Assembly: GCA_951812955.1 (NCBI GenBank)
Contig: OX638340.1
Location: 1,760,001 to 1,824,000 of the forward strand
DNA length: 64,000 nt
Reading direction: 5' to 3'
Origin: an uncultured Gemmatimonadota bacterium
Lineage (GTDB): Bacteria > JAAXHH01
Below, in pieces: positions 37,016-46,899 of this stretch. The position numbers and the translations under genes were made by a program. The notes under the pieces are model-generated. The model searched no databases and was not told where the DNA came from. It saw only the letters and a program-made list of their open reading frames with translations. The stretch's first letter is position 1. Every line of letters starts with the position of its first letter.

Positions 37016-37468
37016 CTACTCATCCAGACTCAGCGTCCAGTTATTCCACTTGCGATCCGGAGATGCGCCCAGGGACCGGTAGAAGTACTCGGCGGCGGTG
37101 TTCCCGGTCATGACCGTCCAAATCACTTCGGCCGCATTCATGGATTTGGCATGCGCTGTGACCGCCTCCACCAAGGCCTTTCCGGCTCCCAGGCTTCGCG
37201 CGGTCTCATCGACATACAGCTCTTTGAGCACGAGCTTGGGCCGCAGGGTGTAGGTCCATTGAATCGGAAAGGTCACTACCATCCCGACAAGATTATCGTC
37301 GTGTTCGGCTACAAACGCGGTGAATAAGCGCTCGTCTCCAAAACCATGCTCGAGAATACTCTCCCGCGTCACGGCGAACTCATCGATGTATTCCTCGTAT
37401 TTCGCCAGACCGATCATGAGTTCGAGCAGTCGGTCGGTATCTTCAGGAACAGCCAGTCTTACGAGCAT
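37016..37468 (-). CDS. GNAT family N-acetyltransferase
   Basis: 150 aa; LVGMVVTFP...LYVDETARSLGAGKALVEAV (GNAT motif A R/Q-x-x-G-x-G/A). Confidence 0.75.
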   Translation of the reverse strand: MLVRLAVPEDTDRLLELMIGLAKYEEYIDEFAVTRESILEHGFGDERLFTAFVAEHDDNLVGMVVTFPIQWTYTLRPKLVLKELYVDETARSLGAGKALVEAVTAHAKSMNAAEVIWTVMTGNTAAEYFYRSLGASPDRKWNNWTLSLDE

Positions 37469-37548
37469 TTAGTAGAGTCCGTATTTGAGGTTTAGACCAT
37501 CCGACGCAGCGGGATCATACGCGGGCAGCCGCCAAGTCCATTCGATGA

Positions 37549-38667
37549 TCAATTCGCAGACTCACGCCCCTGATCGGCCAGCACGTCCCGCAGCGTAGTG
37601 AGAAAAGCGTCATTCTCTTCCGGCAGCCCGATGGTTACCCGCATGCCCCGTTCCAGCATAGGGTAACGGCTGACGTCACGGATGAGCACGCCCCGGTCGA
37701 TCAGTCCGTGGAAGATTTCGTCGACCGGCCGTTCCGCCTCGAACAAAACAAAGTTGGCATGGGAGGGATAGGGTCGGATGCCTGGAAGGTTCAGCAGAGC
37801 CTGGAAGACCCGTTGTCTTTCTGATTGGATTATCGCCGCCCGTTCTTCGATCAAAGTCTCCTGGGCGATCAGCTTGCGCGCGGCAATCAGGGAAATGATG
37901 TTGACGTTGTACGGAAGCTCGACCTTCTCGATTTCCCGTGTCAGCGCCTGATCGGCGACCAGGTATCCCAGGCGGAGTCCAGCGGCGCCGAGGGCTTTCG
38001 AAAAGGTGCGGGTAATGACAATGTTCGGATAATCTGAAATCAGTTCGACGCAGGATACGCCGCCGAATTCGTAGTAGGCCTCGTCCACGACGACCAGGCC
38101 ATCAGTTTCCTCCGCGATCCGCGCCGTGTCCGCCGGTGAAATCATGGATCCGGTCGGGTTGTTCGGAGAGCACAGCACGACCAGTCTGACTTCGGGATGG
38201 GCACTTTCTTCCACCAACCGGTCGACATCGAAGCTCATATCGGCCTTGAGGTATACGGTCCGGATATCTGCACCCGCAATCCTGCCCATGAGTGCGTAGA
38301 GCGTAAAGGTCGGCGCCGGCAGAACGACCCGATCACCCGTAGCAATCGTTGCCTGGAAAACTGCCTGGATCAGTTCGTTCGAACCATTGCCGATAAGGAC
38401 GTACCCGGGACCCAGCCCGTGCCGCTTGCCGATGGACTCCTTGACCTCGCCGGGAACGAATCCCGGATACCGACCCCAGTTTGCGGCCAGGGCCTCGTCC
38501 ACGATCTCCCGCTTGAGATCCTCGGGAACGTCGAAGGGGCATTCGTTCTGGTTGAGTTTGACCGGACAGTCGGGCTGGACCAGGGTGTAGCCGGACATGG
38601 CGCGGACCGCCGCCTTCACACTCCGGACAGCGGCATTGCGTGGCTTTTCATCCATCGGAGCGGCCAC
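37549..38667 (-). CDS. hisC: Histidinol-phosphate aminotransferase HisC
   Basis: Class II aminotransferase. LNQNECP, VVLCSPNNPTG, PLP-Lys motif RTFSKALGAAGLRLGY; 372 aa; immediately downstream of hisG. Confidence 0.88.
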   Translation of the reverse strand: MAAPMDEKPRNAAVRSVKAAVRAMSGYTLVQPDCPVKLNQNECPFDVPEDLKREIVDEALAANWGRYPGFVPGEVKESIGKRHGLGPGYVLIGNGSNELIQAVFQATIATGDRVVLPAPTFTLYALMGRIAGADIRTVYLKADMSFDVDRLVEESAHPEVRLVVLCSPNNPTGSMISPADTARIAEETDGLVVVDEAYYEFGGVSCVELISDYPNIVITRTFSKALGAAGLRLGYLVADQALTREIEKVELPYNVNIISLIAARKLIAQETLIEERAAIIQSERQRVFQALLNLPGIRPYPSHANFVLFEAERPVDEIFHGLIDRGVLIRDVSRYPMLERGMRVTIGLPEENDAFLTTLRDVLADQGRESAN

Positions 38668-38671
38668 CCTT

Positions 38672-39541
38672 TTAGTAAATCACCTTGTTGAGCGGGTATT
38701 CCACCAGGCCATGAGCGCCGGCCCGTTTGAGCGCCGGAACCAACTGGCGTATGGTGTGTTCCTCGATCATCACTTCGATGGCGACCCACTCTTCATCGGC
38801 CAGGGGGGACACAGTGGGGTTCTGCAGGGCGGGCAACAGCGCCGTTACCGCGGCCAGATCCGCTCGTCTGACGTTCATTTTCAGGCCGACCATTTCCTCG
38901 GCGAGCATGGCACCCTTGAGCAACAGGGCGATGTTTTCGATCTTGCGCCGCTTGTCCGGGTCTTCCCAGCTCTTCTTGTTCGCTATGAGCCGGTTGGTGG
39001 ATATCAACAACGTGTCGAGGACGCGTAACTTGTTGGCTCTGATCGAACCGCCGGTCTCGGTGATTTCGACAATCGCATCCGCCAGTTCCGGGGCCTTGGC
39101 TTCCGTCGCGCCCCAGGAGAATTCCACTTTCGCGCTAACGCCGTGTTTTTGCAGGTAGCTCTCGGTGATATTGACGACTTCCGTGGCGACCCGCTTGCCT
39201 TCGAGGTCCTGGACACTACGTATATCCGAAGACTCCGGTACGGCCAGCACCCACCGCAGCGGCCGCCGAGTATGCTTGGCATAGACCAGTTCCGCCACCT
39301 CCACCACGTCCGCCCCGGTCTCCACGATCCAGTCCTTGCCTGTAAGACCCGCGTCGAAGACCTCATCCTCGACGTACCGGCCGATCTCCTGGGCCCGGAT
39401 CAACATGATCTCCAGTTCTTCGTCGTCCACCCAGGGTGAGTAGGACCGGCTGCTGACCGTGCAATGAAACCCCGCCTTGCGCATGAGTTCAAAGGTGGAT
39501 TCCTGCAGGCTTCCCTTGGGCAGCGCCAGTTTGATCAGCAT
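38672..39541 (-). CDS. hisG: ATP phosphoribosyltransferase HisG (long form)
   Basis: Trimmed to [12 protein letters not shown] (classic HisG N-terminus); HisG C-terminal regulatory domain present. 4-bp gap to hisC. Confidence 0.85.
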   Translation of the reverse strand: MLIKLALPKGSLQESTFELMRKAGFHCTVSSRSYSPWVDDEELEIMLIRAQEIGRYVEDEVFDAGLTGKDWIVETGADVVEVAELVYAKHTRRPLRWVLAVPESSDIRSVQDLEGKRVATEVVNITESYLQKHGVSAKVEFSWGATEAKAPELADAIVEITETGGSIRANKLRVLDTLLISTNRLIANKKSWEDPDKRRKIENIALLLKGAMLAEEMVGLKMNVRRADLAAVTALLPALQNPTVSPLADEEWVAIEVMIEEHTIRQLVPALKRAGAHGLVEYPLNKVIY

Positions 39542-39951
39542 TTTCTTATACTCCTCGTGACTCTTGTAGGGATCGAGGTCTTTTGTCACCTTAACGATTT
39601 TTACAGTGCATTCTCTTTCTGATCTAACTTGATACTCTAGCACACTCGACTAATTACCTTCGAGTTTCCCTCGAAGATCCTACCATCAGATAAACCGCCT
39701 GAAAATAACACGACCCTACAAAATTGTCCAATCCTATTGATAACCGCACCCCGAAGGCTTCGAAGAGCAAAGCAGCACGGCGTCGAGTTTTGTATTGATA
39801 AATCGACTACATAGTGAGTCAGCACCAGTATATGCACCGCGCCAGAGTAGACCAGGCACGGATATTATATCCCTTTCCGTTTAACGGCATTCGTTATATA
39901 TAGTATAGTGATACGTACTTTCGCAGATCGAGAAACCTGGGAGAGCTTACC

Positions 39952-40272
39952 ATGCGTAACCAGAAACTGGCTCCTGTGCATCCCGGTGAGATTTTGCTAG
40001 AGGAGTTTCTCAAGCCAATGAACCTGAGCCAGAACCGCCTTGCGCTTTCCATCGGTGTACCGCCACGACGCATCAACGAAATCGTACTGGGAAAACGAGG
40101 CATAACCGCGGATACGGCCCTCAGGCTGGCTCGCTACTTCGGCATGTCGCCACAGTTTTGGATGGGCATTCAGATGGATTATGCGCTCGACGTTGCCGAA
40201 GATGAACTCTCAGATCGTCTGACGACTGAGGTTCGGCCACATCCAGCAACTAAGCAAGCCGCATCCTCCTGA
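39952..40272 (+). CDS. higA: HigA-family antitoxin (XRE-type HTH), orphan; no higB upstream
   Basis: HPGEILLEEFLKPMNLSQNRLALSIGVPPRRINEIVLGKRGITADTALRLARYFGMSPQFWMGIQMDYAL is a near-textbook HigA. Three-frame reading of the 300 bp upstream shows no RelE/HigB-like ORF. Confidence 0.75.
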   Translation: MRNQKLAPVHPGEILLEEFLKPMNLSQNRLALSIGVPPRRINEIVLGKRGITADTALRLARYFGMSPQFWMGIQMDYALDVAEDELSDRLTTEVRPHPATKQAASS

Positions 40273-40362
40273 GTGCTTGTACCCGGGATGATTAATCTCG
40301 AAAACGGGAGCCATCCTTTATCTCGGAATCAAAATGGGACGATTATACAGACATGAAGATTC

Positions 40363-40935
40363 ATGGGACCTGAAAAGAACAACACCAATACGGGACGGTC
40401 ATCCTCCCGGCCTCCCCTCGGTTTAAAAAGGGGCAAACTTTGTCTCTCACCCTACCGCTCCGAATGGCCCGCACTGTTCGAATCTGAGAAGAAGTTCATC
40501 GCATCTGCAATAAGAGATCACGTTAAGGAAATTCAGCACGTCGGCAGCACGTCGATACCGGGCATGCCCGCCAAGCCCATACTGGACTTAGGGATCGCAG
40601 TTGACGAGTTTGAAAACGCGCGGACGTGCATCGAACCGCTTACGGATATCGGTTACTTATTTAGAGGCGAACACGGAATCCCCCGAAGGCATTATTTCAC
40701 CAGGGGCGATCCGACGACCCATCACATCCACCTGGTGGAGGAATCCAGTGACGAATGGACGAAGCTGATCCGTTTCAGGGACCTCCTGAGGGCAGATCCC
40801 AAAACGTCTGAAGATTACCGTAACCTGAAACTCGACCTGTGGGAGAGACTTCCAGGTGACCGCAAAGCCTACCAGGCCGCCAAGGCTGCCTTTATAGGGA
40901 AGGTCTTACAGCGGACAGACAAGAAAAAAGACTGA
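40363..40935 (+). CDS. GrpB family protein (UPF0157, nucleotidyltransferase-like fold)
   Basis: VGSTSIPGMPAKPILDLGIAV... matches GrpB. N-terminal start uncertain. Confidence 0.6.
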   Translation: MGPEKNNTNTGRSSSRPPLGLKRGKLCLSPYRSEWPALFESEKKFIASAIRDHVKEIQHVGSTSIPGMPAKPILDLGIAVDEFENARTCIEPLTDIGYLFRGEHGIPRRHYFTRGDPTTHHIHLVEESSDEWTKLIRFRDLLRADPKTSEDYRNLKLDLWERLPGDRKAYQAAKAAFIGKVLQRTDKKKD

Positions 40936-40973
40936 ATATTCGGTCACGCTGGTACTGTATTGAGCGACACTGC

Positions 40974-41573
40974 ATGGACACGAATAAGAAGATTGCCACG
41001 ATATTCGATATCGACGGTACACTGGTCGAAACTGCTGGTTTCGAAGATGAGCTATACATTGCCATGGTCAGGGACGTTCTTGGTGATGTCCGGATCCGCG
41101 AAGACTGGAGTACTTACAGGCATGTAACCGATATCGGTGTTCTGCGACAGGTGATGGAAGAGAACCAGATCCATGACGAGAGCAGAATCCAGGAAGTTCG
41201 TGCGAAGTTTGGAAAAACCGTGAGTCAGTACCTTCATGACGGAGGTGAATGCCTTCCAATCAACGGAGCCATTGGTCTTGTCGATATGCTCCTCTCTTCA
41301 AACCAATATGCGATTGGCATCGCCACAGGAGGTTGGGGACATACCGCCAAAATGAAACTGAACCATGCGGGATTTAACCTGCAGGACGTAGCCATGACTT
41401 CCAGCGACGATAGTGAAGAGCGTGTTACGATCATGCGGAAGTGTATAGACGCGCTTGGGGAATCATACCGTCGAATCGTTTACGTAGGCGACGCCGAGTG
41501 GGATGTTATTGCGACGCGGAAACTCGGATGGCAATTCATTGGAGTCGGAACACGACTGAAGGGAAAACGTTAA
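40974..41573 (+). CDS. HAD family hydrolase
   Basis: Motif I FDIDGTLVET; C-terminal YVGDAEWDV (motif IV). Confidence 0.75.
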   Translation: MDTNKKIATIFDIDGTLVETAGFEDELYIAMVRDVLGDVRIREDWSTYRHVTDIGVLRQVMEENQIHDESRIQEVRAKFGKTVSQYLHDGGECLPINGAIGLVDMLLSSNQYAIGIATGGWGHTAKMKLNHAGFNLQDVAMTSSDDSEERVTIMRKCIDALGESYRRIVYVGDAEWDVIATRKLGWQFIGVGTRLKGKR

Positions 41574-41695
41574 AACTGGGTCGAAGACCTTGCACATCAT
41601 GACACGTTTTTGAAAATGCTCCATGCTTAGAAGGGGTATATCTATCTCTTGTACCGGATCCAGTCTGAATCAAACTCTAAAGGGGCTGGAGAATA

Positions 41696-42667
41696 TCAAA
41701 GCAATCCAGCGCTACCGAGCCGTGTCCGCAGTCCTGCGATACCGTTCTCTACAAGTTCCGGTCTTCCTTCCTCCACCCCGTAGATAACCTCGTGACAGGA
41801 TGCCATCCAGGTGTAGGTCCGAAGCCTCCGCTCGTACTGTTCGTCCAAAGCTAGCCTGTAGCTGTCTCGAACCCTTTTAACGGCCTCCGTGCCATAAGTG
41901 ACATAGATACCGACGAAATCGATCGCGGGATCGCCGACCGTCGCGTCCTCGAAGTCAATCAGCCCATTCACAGTCACCCCGTCTTCATTCATCAGAATAT
42001 GCTCGCAACCCAGGTCGCAGTGCACCAGGGCGACATCCTTCAGTGTCGCGAGTTCGTAGTCGAGAAACCGGTCGAATCCGCGTTCTACCGCGTTGAGCGT
42101 GCTTTCTTCCGTGTCCCCGTCGGTGGATACAAGTAGTGGTAATACGTTGGTACGGACTTCTTCTCTCAGCGCGGAATAGCGTTGCCGCCACGTATCGACC
42201 GTGGGCTTCACGGCGCAGGCCTTGGCGACCAGCGATGTGGGTATGTCATGCAGCGAGGAAAGTGCCGCCCCTATGGACCCGGCTGTTTCCACGGATTGTT
42301 TATGACCGGGAGATGGTCGAGCAGACAGGGCCCGGCCGGGAATCCGCCGGTACCCCGCATAGGGCTGGCCGTTCCAACATCCTGCATGCTCGAAACGTGG
42401 TACGGCGAAGTCAACCCGGGAGGCAACAATGGGCAGTACCGCCCGCTCTTTTTGAAGGTTCTCAGCGACCACACTGTTCCTGGGAAAACGAAAGATCCAG
42501 CCGGGTTCGACAGCGGAGGACTCGACTTGCTCACCATGGTCATCCGGTTCGACTTCGAATGTCCAGTAAGACCAGCCTCCAGTGATGGGCTGGATTCGAC
42601 CCTGGTTTATGCTGAGATTGACGAGCAGATTTTCAACATCCCGGGTTGTCACAATAGGGTACTGCAA
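41696..42667 (-). CDS. Aminoglycoside phosphotransferase (APH) family protein kinase-like enzyme
   Basis: LVHCDLGCEHILM (Brenner motif) and LIDFEDATVGD (DFG-equivalent). Confidence 0.7.
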   Translation of the reverse strand: MQYPIVTTRDVENLLVNLSINQGRIQPITGGWSYWTFEVEPDDHGEQVESSAVEPGWIFRFPRNSVVAENLQKERAVLPIVASRVDFAVPRFEHAGCWNGQPYAGYRRIPGRALSARPSPGHKQSVETAGSIGAALSSLHDIPTSLVAKACAVKPTVDTWRQRYSALREEVRTNVLPLLVSTDGDTEESTLNAVERGFDRFLDYELATLKDVALVHCDLGCEHILMNEDGVTVNGLIDFEDATVGDPAIDFVGIYVTYGTEAVKRVRDSYRLALDEQYERRLRTYTWMASCHEVIYGVEEGRPELVENGIAGLRTRLGSAGLL

Positions 42668-42786
42668 TGATTGATTCTCCTCACAAATGATCAGAGACGT
42701 ACCGGTAACTGTGTCAGTCGTGATCTTTGTGGACTGCGCAACGGACAGCCGCGGATCTCAAGCGATGAAGCGCTCATTCACGTCAG

Positions 42787-44049
42787 CTAGAGTTTGTAAC
42801 AGCCGGCATTGATTTGACGAGTACCGCCTATCGACCCTTCATCCTCTGCACCAGAATCTTCGTTATCAACTTCCTCCGCCGCGTTAACGTCAACTACGCC
42901 CTCATTCACCATCATCCTCGCTTCCACCGCGCCTTTCTGATCCGGGTTGCAACTTATCACGCCCCAGTTGTAAACTCCCGCGAGATGATCATACAGGACC
43001 TGGGCCTCGACATCTTCTTCGATGGTAACGACGCCGGTATTGTACAATGTGGCGGTCCCTTCGAGAAAGTCGAATCGAGACTTCTGGAGCGTAACCGTGG
43101 TTTGCACGACCCACAGCGTCCCATCATAGAACACCACCCTGGTTTTCAGTGTGTCGCATTTTCTGGACAGGACTTCACTCAGGCTATCCGGGCACAGGAC
43201 CGTACCGATGCATATGAGACCGGCGAGGGCTCTGTCCAGTGAATCCTGATCTACTTCCTCGTGTATGGTGACGTTTTCGGTTGCGAAGATGCTCCTGTCC
43301 TTCCATGTCCGTATGTTTGTGGAGTTCAGAGACAGCTCGTGTTCCACGATCACAAAGCCCTCAGGAATCGCCCAGGTCAGCGGTGTGCCGGCCCTGGGAT
43401 CGAACCTGGATGCCAGCGTGGACAGGTTTTTCTCGCAGCAGAAGACTTTTCCCCTGACGTTGAGTGTCTTGATTTTTTGATCGATCAGTTTATCCGGCAC
43501 GGCCTGCACGATCTGCAGATCACCCGTGATGACCATGTCCGAGTCGTTGGCCATCGAAGCAAGGTAGACTTCATCCAGCAGGAGGTCGCCGACTACCAGA
43601 CGGGCGGAAGACCGGTAAGATGAATGACTTCCCGGGTTTTCCGTCAACCTGTTCATGATCGCTCCGGCTACGTGTTCAGGATAGAGGATGCTCCCTGAAT
43701 TGAGGATTCCGAACCACGAACTTTCCACGTCTTCAGCCTTGACATCAGGTTCCAGGATTATGCTGCCCGAGTTCATGATGAATAGCGGGGCTCCTTCGCC
43801 AGAGAGCGCTTCCCGGCCCATGACCTCCCTCGAATGAACGGTCATCAGTCTGACCTCTGTAGGAACTTCGATAACACTTCCCATATTGATGGTAAACATG
43901 GTCATAAGAGGCCTGGTTGCAGCGGATACCAGTACGTTCCCGGCGTTGACCTGCTTGATCCTCGATGCCGTCTGTTCCGTTGTTTCACGCATGTCCAGTG
44001 TACCGCAATTGATGCTGACCGAACGGGGGGTGCTTTTTTCGAGATTCAT
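42787..44049 (-). CDS. Hypothetical repeat-containing protein (possible beta-helix, DUF4097/bactofilin-like), co-oriented downstream of the ECF sigma factor
   Basis: 420 aa, no TM helix. Recurring short hydrophobic/Gly/Ser units (INMGSVIEV, IMNSGSIILEP, ILNSGSILYPE). Acidic tail. Confidence 0.3.
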   Translation of the reverse strand: MNLEKSTPRSVSINCGTLDMRETTEQTASRIKQVNAGNVLVSAATRPLMTMFTINMGSVIEVPTEVRLMTVHSREVMGREALSGEGAPLFIMNSGSIILEPDVKAEDVESSWFGILNSGSILYPEHVAGAIMNRLTENPGSHSSYRSSARLVVGDLLLDEVYLASMANDSDMVITGDLQIVQAVPDKLIDQKIKTLNVRGKVFCCEKNLSTLASRFDPRAGTPLTWAIPEGFVIVEHELSLNSTNIRTWKDRSIFATENVTIHEEVDQDSLDRALAGLICIGTVLCPDSLSEVLSRKCDTLKTRVVFYDGTLWVVQTTVTLQKSRFDFLEGTATLYNTGVVTIEEDVEAQVLYDHLAGVYNWGVISCNPDQKGAVEARMMVNEGVVDVNAAEEVDNEDSGAEDEGSIGGTRQINAGCYKL

Positions 44050-44144
44050 GGTTTTTCTCCTGTCTTATGTAGTGCATCCAAAGTCGAGACTGGGTGATTG
44101 AGATCGTAAGACTATACATCCTGGTCCTATACTGGTTTATGTGA

Positions 44145-44654
44145 TTAAGTGAGAAGGGATATCCCCGTGCGCAGTTTTTTTATCGCGGCATGCAGCCTGA
44201 AGCGGACGGTCGCAGCCGGGACCCCCGTCAGTTCTGCGATTTCCCTGCTAGTGAGACCTAAAACGAAGCGCATATGAAAGAGATCGCGGTGTTTCTCCGG
44301 CACGTGCTTCATGATTTCCGGCATGTTGGCCATCACGCCGGAACGATCATCCGGTCCGGATTCCCATCCTACGGTATTGCTCGACTCTTCCTGTAAGAGT
44401 TGAAGCCACTTGTGGAGGAACACCGCTTCTCTCTGCCTTGCACGTGTCTTGTCGACGAACAGGTTGCCCATGGTCCGATACAACCAGGCACGCCTCTGGT
44501 GGGGCGAAAGGGATCCCAGCAGTCCAAGGTGCTTCATGGCACGAATGAACGTCTCCTGTAAGAGGTCGTTCGCGTGGTCATTGTCCCTGGTCAGATGACG
44601 GGCATGTGCCGAAAGCGATGATGCGTATGTCCCATATAGATCATCTACGGTCAT
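44145..44654 (-). CDS. RNA polymerase sigma-70 factor, ECF subfamily
   Basis: Region 2 (LLQETFIRAMKHL...WLYRTMGNLFVDKTR) and region 4 HTH (LTSREIAELTGVPAATVRFRLHAAIKKLR); 169 aa. Confidence 0.85.
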   Translation of the reverse strand: MTVDDLYGTYASSLSAHARHLTRDNDHANDLLQETFIRAMKHLGLLGSLSPHQRRAWLYRTMGNLFVDKTRARQREAVFLHKWLQLLQEESSNTVGWESGPDDRSGVMANMPEIMKHVPEKHRDLFHMRFVLGLTSREIAELTGVPAATVRFRLHAAIKKLRTGISLLT

Positions 44655-44804
44655 GCCTTGATCCGATCATTGTTTACCGGGATCTCGAATGAGCACCTGT
44701 TCATATGTAGGACGAATTAAGTAGGAGGGCTGTTTGAAAAAAGTCAGGGCACAAATACAATCTGGCATGTTGATATAGCATGGCTCCGGGGCTGGGATGC
44801 TATT

Positions 44805-45098
44805 ATGATAAGATCGTTCCGCAGAAACGGCACTGAGGATATCTTGAGTGGACGGGATACACGTGCGGCGCGCTCCACATGCCCGTCCTCACCGTGGTCC
44901 GTTGTAGTACGGAAACTCGAGCAGTTAGATTCGGTCGATAGACTACGCGACCTGAATAGCCCACCAGGCAATCGTCTCCAGGTCCTGCGGGGTGCGCGTT
45001 CAGGTCAATACAGCATTCGAATTAACATCCAATACCGCATTTGCTTCGTTTGGTTGGATGCTGGTCCTCGAGATGTCGAAATCATCGACTATCACTAA
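44805..45098 (+). CDS. higB: HigB toxin (RelE/ParE superfamily, plasmid-maintenance killer protein)
   Basis: MIRSFRRNGTEDIL...LRGARSGQYSIRINIQYRICFVWLDAGPRDVEIIDYH matches the HigB family end to end. Confidence 0.8.
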   Translation: MIRSFRRNGTEDILSGRDTRAARSTCPSSPWSVVVRKLEQLDSVDRLRDLNSPPGNRLQVLRGARSGQYSIRINIQYRICFVWLDAGPRDVEIIDYH

Positions 45099-45120
45099 AC
45101 TGAGTTGCGAGGTGTCCCCT

Positions 45121-45435
45121 ATGGTACTTGTTCCTACAGATCGTATTCCAACCCACCCGGGTGAGATGCTGCTGGAGGAGTTCCTGATTCCGATGAAGTT
45201 GACACAGCGCGAGTTGGCTGAAGCCCTTCACGTACCATACCAGCGCGTGAACGAATTGGTTAACGGCCGACGAGGTATTACACCAAGCACGGCGCTGCGG
45301 CTGGGCAAATACTTCGATGTAACGCCCTCGTTCTGGCTTAACCTTCAGCTCCGTTGGGATCTTTATCATGCCATGCGGTCAGAGGCCCGGGATTTGGAAG
45401 CGATCGAGCCTCGTGGCATTGGCGTCGAAGTATAA
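45121..45435 (+). CDS. higA: HigA antitoxin (XRE-type HTH), paralog of the orphan higA at 39952
   Basis: Trimmed to ATG 45121 (MVLVPTDRIPTHPGEMLLEEFLIPMKLTQRELAEALHVPYQRVNELVNGRRGITPSTALRLGKYFDVTPSFWLNLQ), 23 bp after the higB stop. Confidence 0.8.
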   Translation: MVLVPTDRIPTHPGEMLLEEFLIPMKLTQRELAEALHVPYQRVNELVNGRRGITPSTALRLGKYFDVTPSFWLNLQLRWDLYHAMRSEARDLEAIEPRGIGVEV

Positions 45436-45548
45436 ACGACAGACGGGAAGTGGCGCATATGATTCGCTTGTCGGCGACGAAGGTATTGTAGTCTCCTCGT
45501 CTACAAACACCTTCTCGATCGGCATATTGAAAACTCTGGAGATCTTCA

Positions 45549-46259
45549 ATGCCAAGGACAGGCGACTTGAACATCTCCGCAATTTCCTTCGATGTGGACG
45601 CGACGCTGATCGACACGGATCGGGTCATCATGCGATCGATGCAGTCCGTTCGTGATGAGTTGATTCTGTGTGTACCTGGCGGGCGGGCTCAGGACCTTTC
45701 GGTAGAGCAGATGTGGTATATCCGTGACCAGGTGGAAAAGGGATTTACGGGTAACCTGAGAGACTACGACGAAATACGGAAAAGGTCTTTCATCAAGATG
45801 CTTGATCATGTCGGACACACCGGGCCTGATATCTCGACGCGTCTCAATGAAGTATACCTGAAACACCGTTACGAAGAAATCGAACCGTACGGGGATGTGG
45901 TACCCGCGCTCAATGCCCTTGGCCCGCATTTCAAACTGGGTCTACTTTCGAACGGTAACAACTACCCGGAGTACTTCGGACTCGCGGAACGTTTCGACTT
46001 TGCCATATTCGCTCAGGACATCGGTATAGAAAAGCCGGATCCGAGGACCTTTCAGATCGCGGCGCGTAGGGCGGGTTGTGATCTGGACCAGCTGTTACAC
46101 GTGGGAGATTCGCTTGAAACAGACGTCGAAGGCGCGCAGGCTGTCGGAGTACGCGCGGTATGGCTGAACAGGGAGGGGAAACCAAACGACTCTGGAATTA
46201 AGCCGGATTATGAAATCGCATTACTGACCGAACTGCCTGCGTTACTGGGGATAGACTGA
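45549..46259 (+). CDS. HAD family hydrolase
   Basis: Motif I FDVDATLIDT; LLSNGNNYP; HVGDSLETDVEGAQAVG. Confidence 0.7.
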   Translation: MPRTGDLNISAISFDVDATLIDTDRVIMRSMQSVRDELILCVPGGRAQDLSVEQMWYIRDQVEKGFTGNLRDYDEIRKRSFIKMLDHVGHTGPDISTRLNEVYLKHRYEEIEPYGDVVPALNALGPHFKLGLLSNGNNYPEYFGLAERFDFAIFAQDIGIEKPDPRTFQIAARRAGCDLDQLLHVGDSLETDVEGAQAVGVRAVWLNREGKPNDSGIKPDYEIALLTELPALLGID

Positions 46260-46302
46260 ATGACTGCACCCTCACTGAATGACTGTCCCCTCTTGGTATG
46301 AT

Positions 46303-46788
46303 CTACTCCAGTCTCCGAAACCCCAGCCGCTCTCCGGCGAATCCCTCCCGCCAGACGCTCGTACATGCCTCAACCATCTCATCCAGGTTTTCTGTTACTT
46401 CGCCGAAACGATTGCCCGGAACCAGTCCCATGTTGGGCGATAAGATCAAATTGTCCCGTCCGTAGAAGATCGCGAGATCGACCAGGCCCTTGCTATAGGA
46501 AACCTCGCGCAACGATGGAACATTCACCGCGCCAGGTGGAAAGTAGAAGTAGAGCAGATCGCCTGTGAACGGTGTAATCGTTGGATTTTCCATACCAGGC
46601 TCGCTTGGAGCGAAGGGTGGAACGAGAGCAAATACTTCGTTGCTCGCGTATTTGGCATGAAAGGCATCGCCCTCCTGCGGCAGCGCGTTCCACACCGCCT
46701 CGCACGTCTTCGGTGCAAGGTCGTCCAGCATCCGCGCGACACAGCTTACGCCGCGTTTTTTCAAGGTCACTTCAATAAACCGATCCAT
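46303..46788 (-). CDS. DUF3830-like (cyclophilin-like fold) family protein
   Basis: N-terminus MDRFIEVTLKKRGVSCVARMLDDLAPKTCEAVWNALP is characteristic of this family as I recall it; 161 aa. Confidence 0.4.
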   Translation of the reverse strand: MDRFIEVTLKKRGVSCVARMLDDLAPKTCEAVWNALPQEGDAFHAKYASNEVFALVPPFAPSEPGMENPTITPFTGDLLYFYFPPGAVNVPSLREVSYSKGLVDLAIFYGRDNLILSPNMGLVPGNRFGEVTENLDEMVEACTSVWREGFAGERLGFRRLE

Positions 46789-46899
46789 GTTGAACTCCTT
46801 GATTCTCAGTCAGTTCCAAGTCAGAAAACGAGCCGGTTGTGAAATCCCGCGAGGTTTACCCCGCGGATAACGGTCCGGCCGAAACCGGCGGCATTCGCG

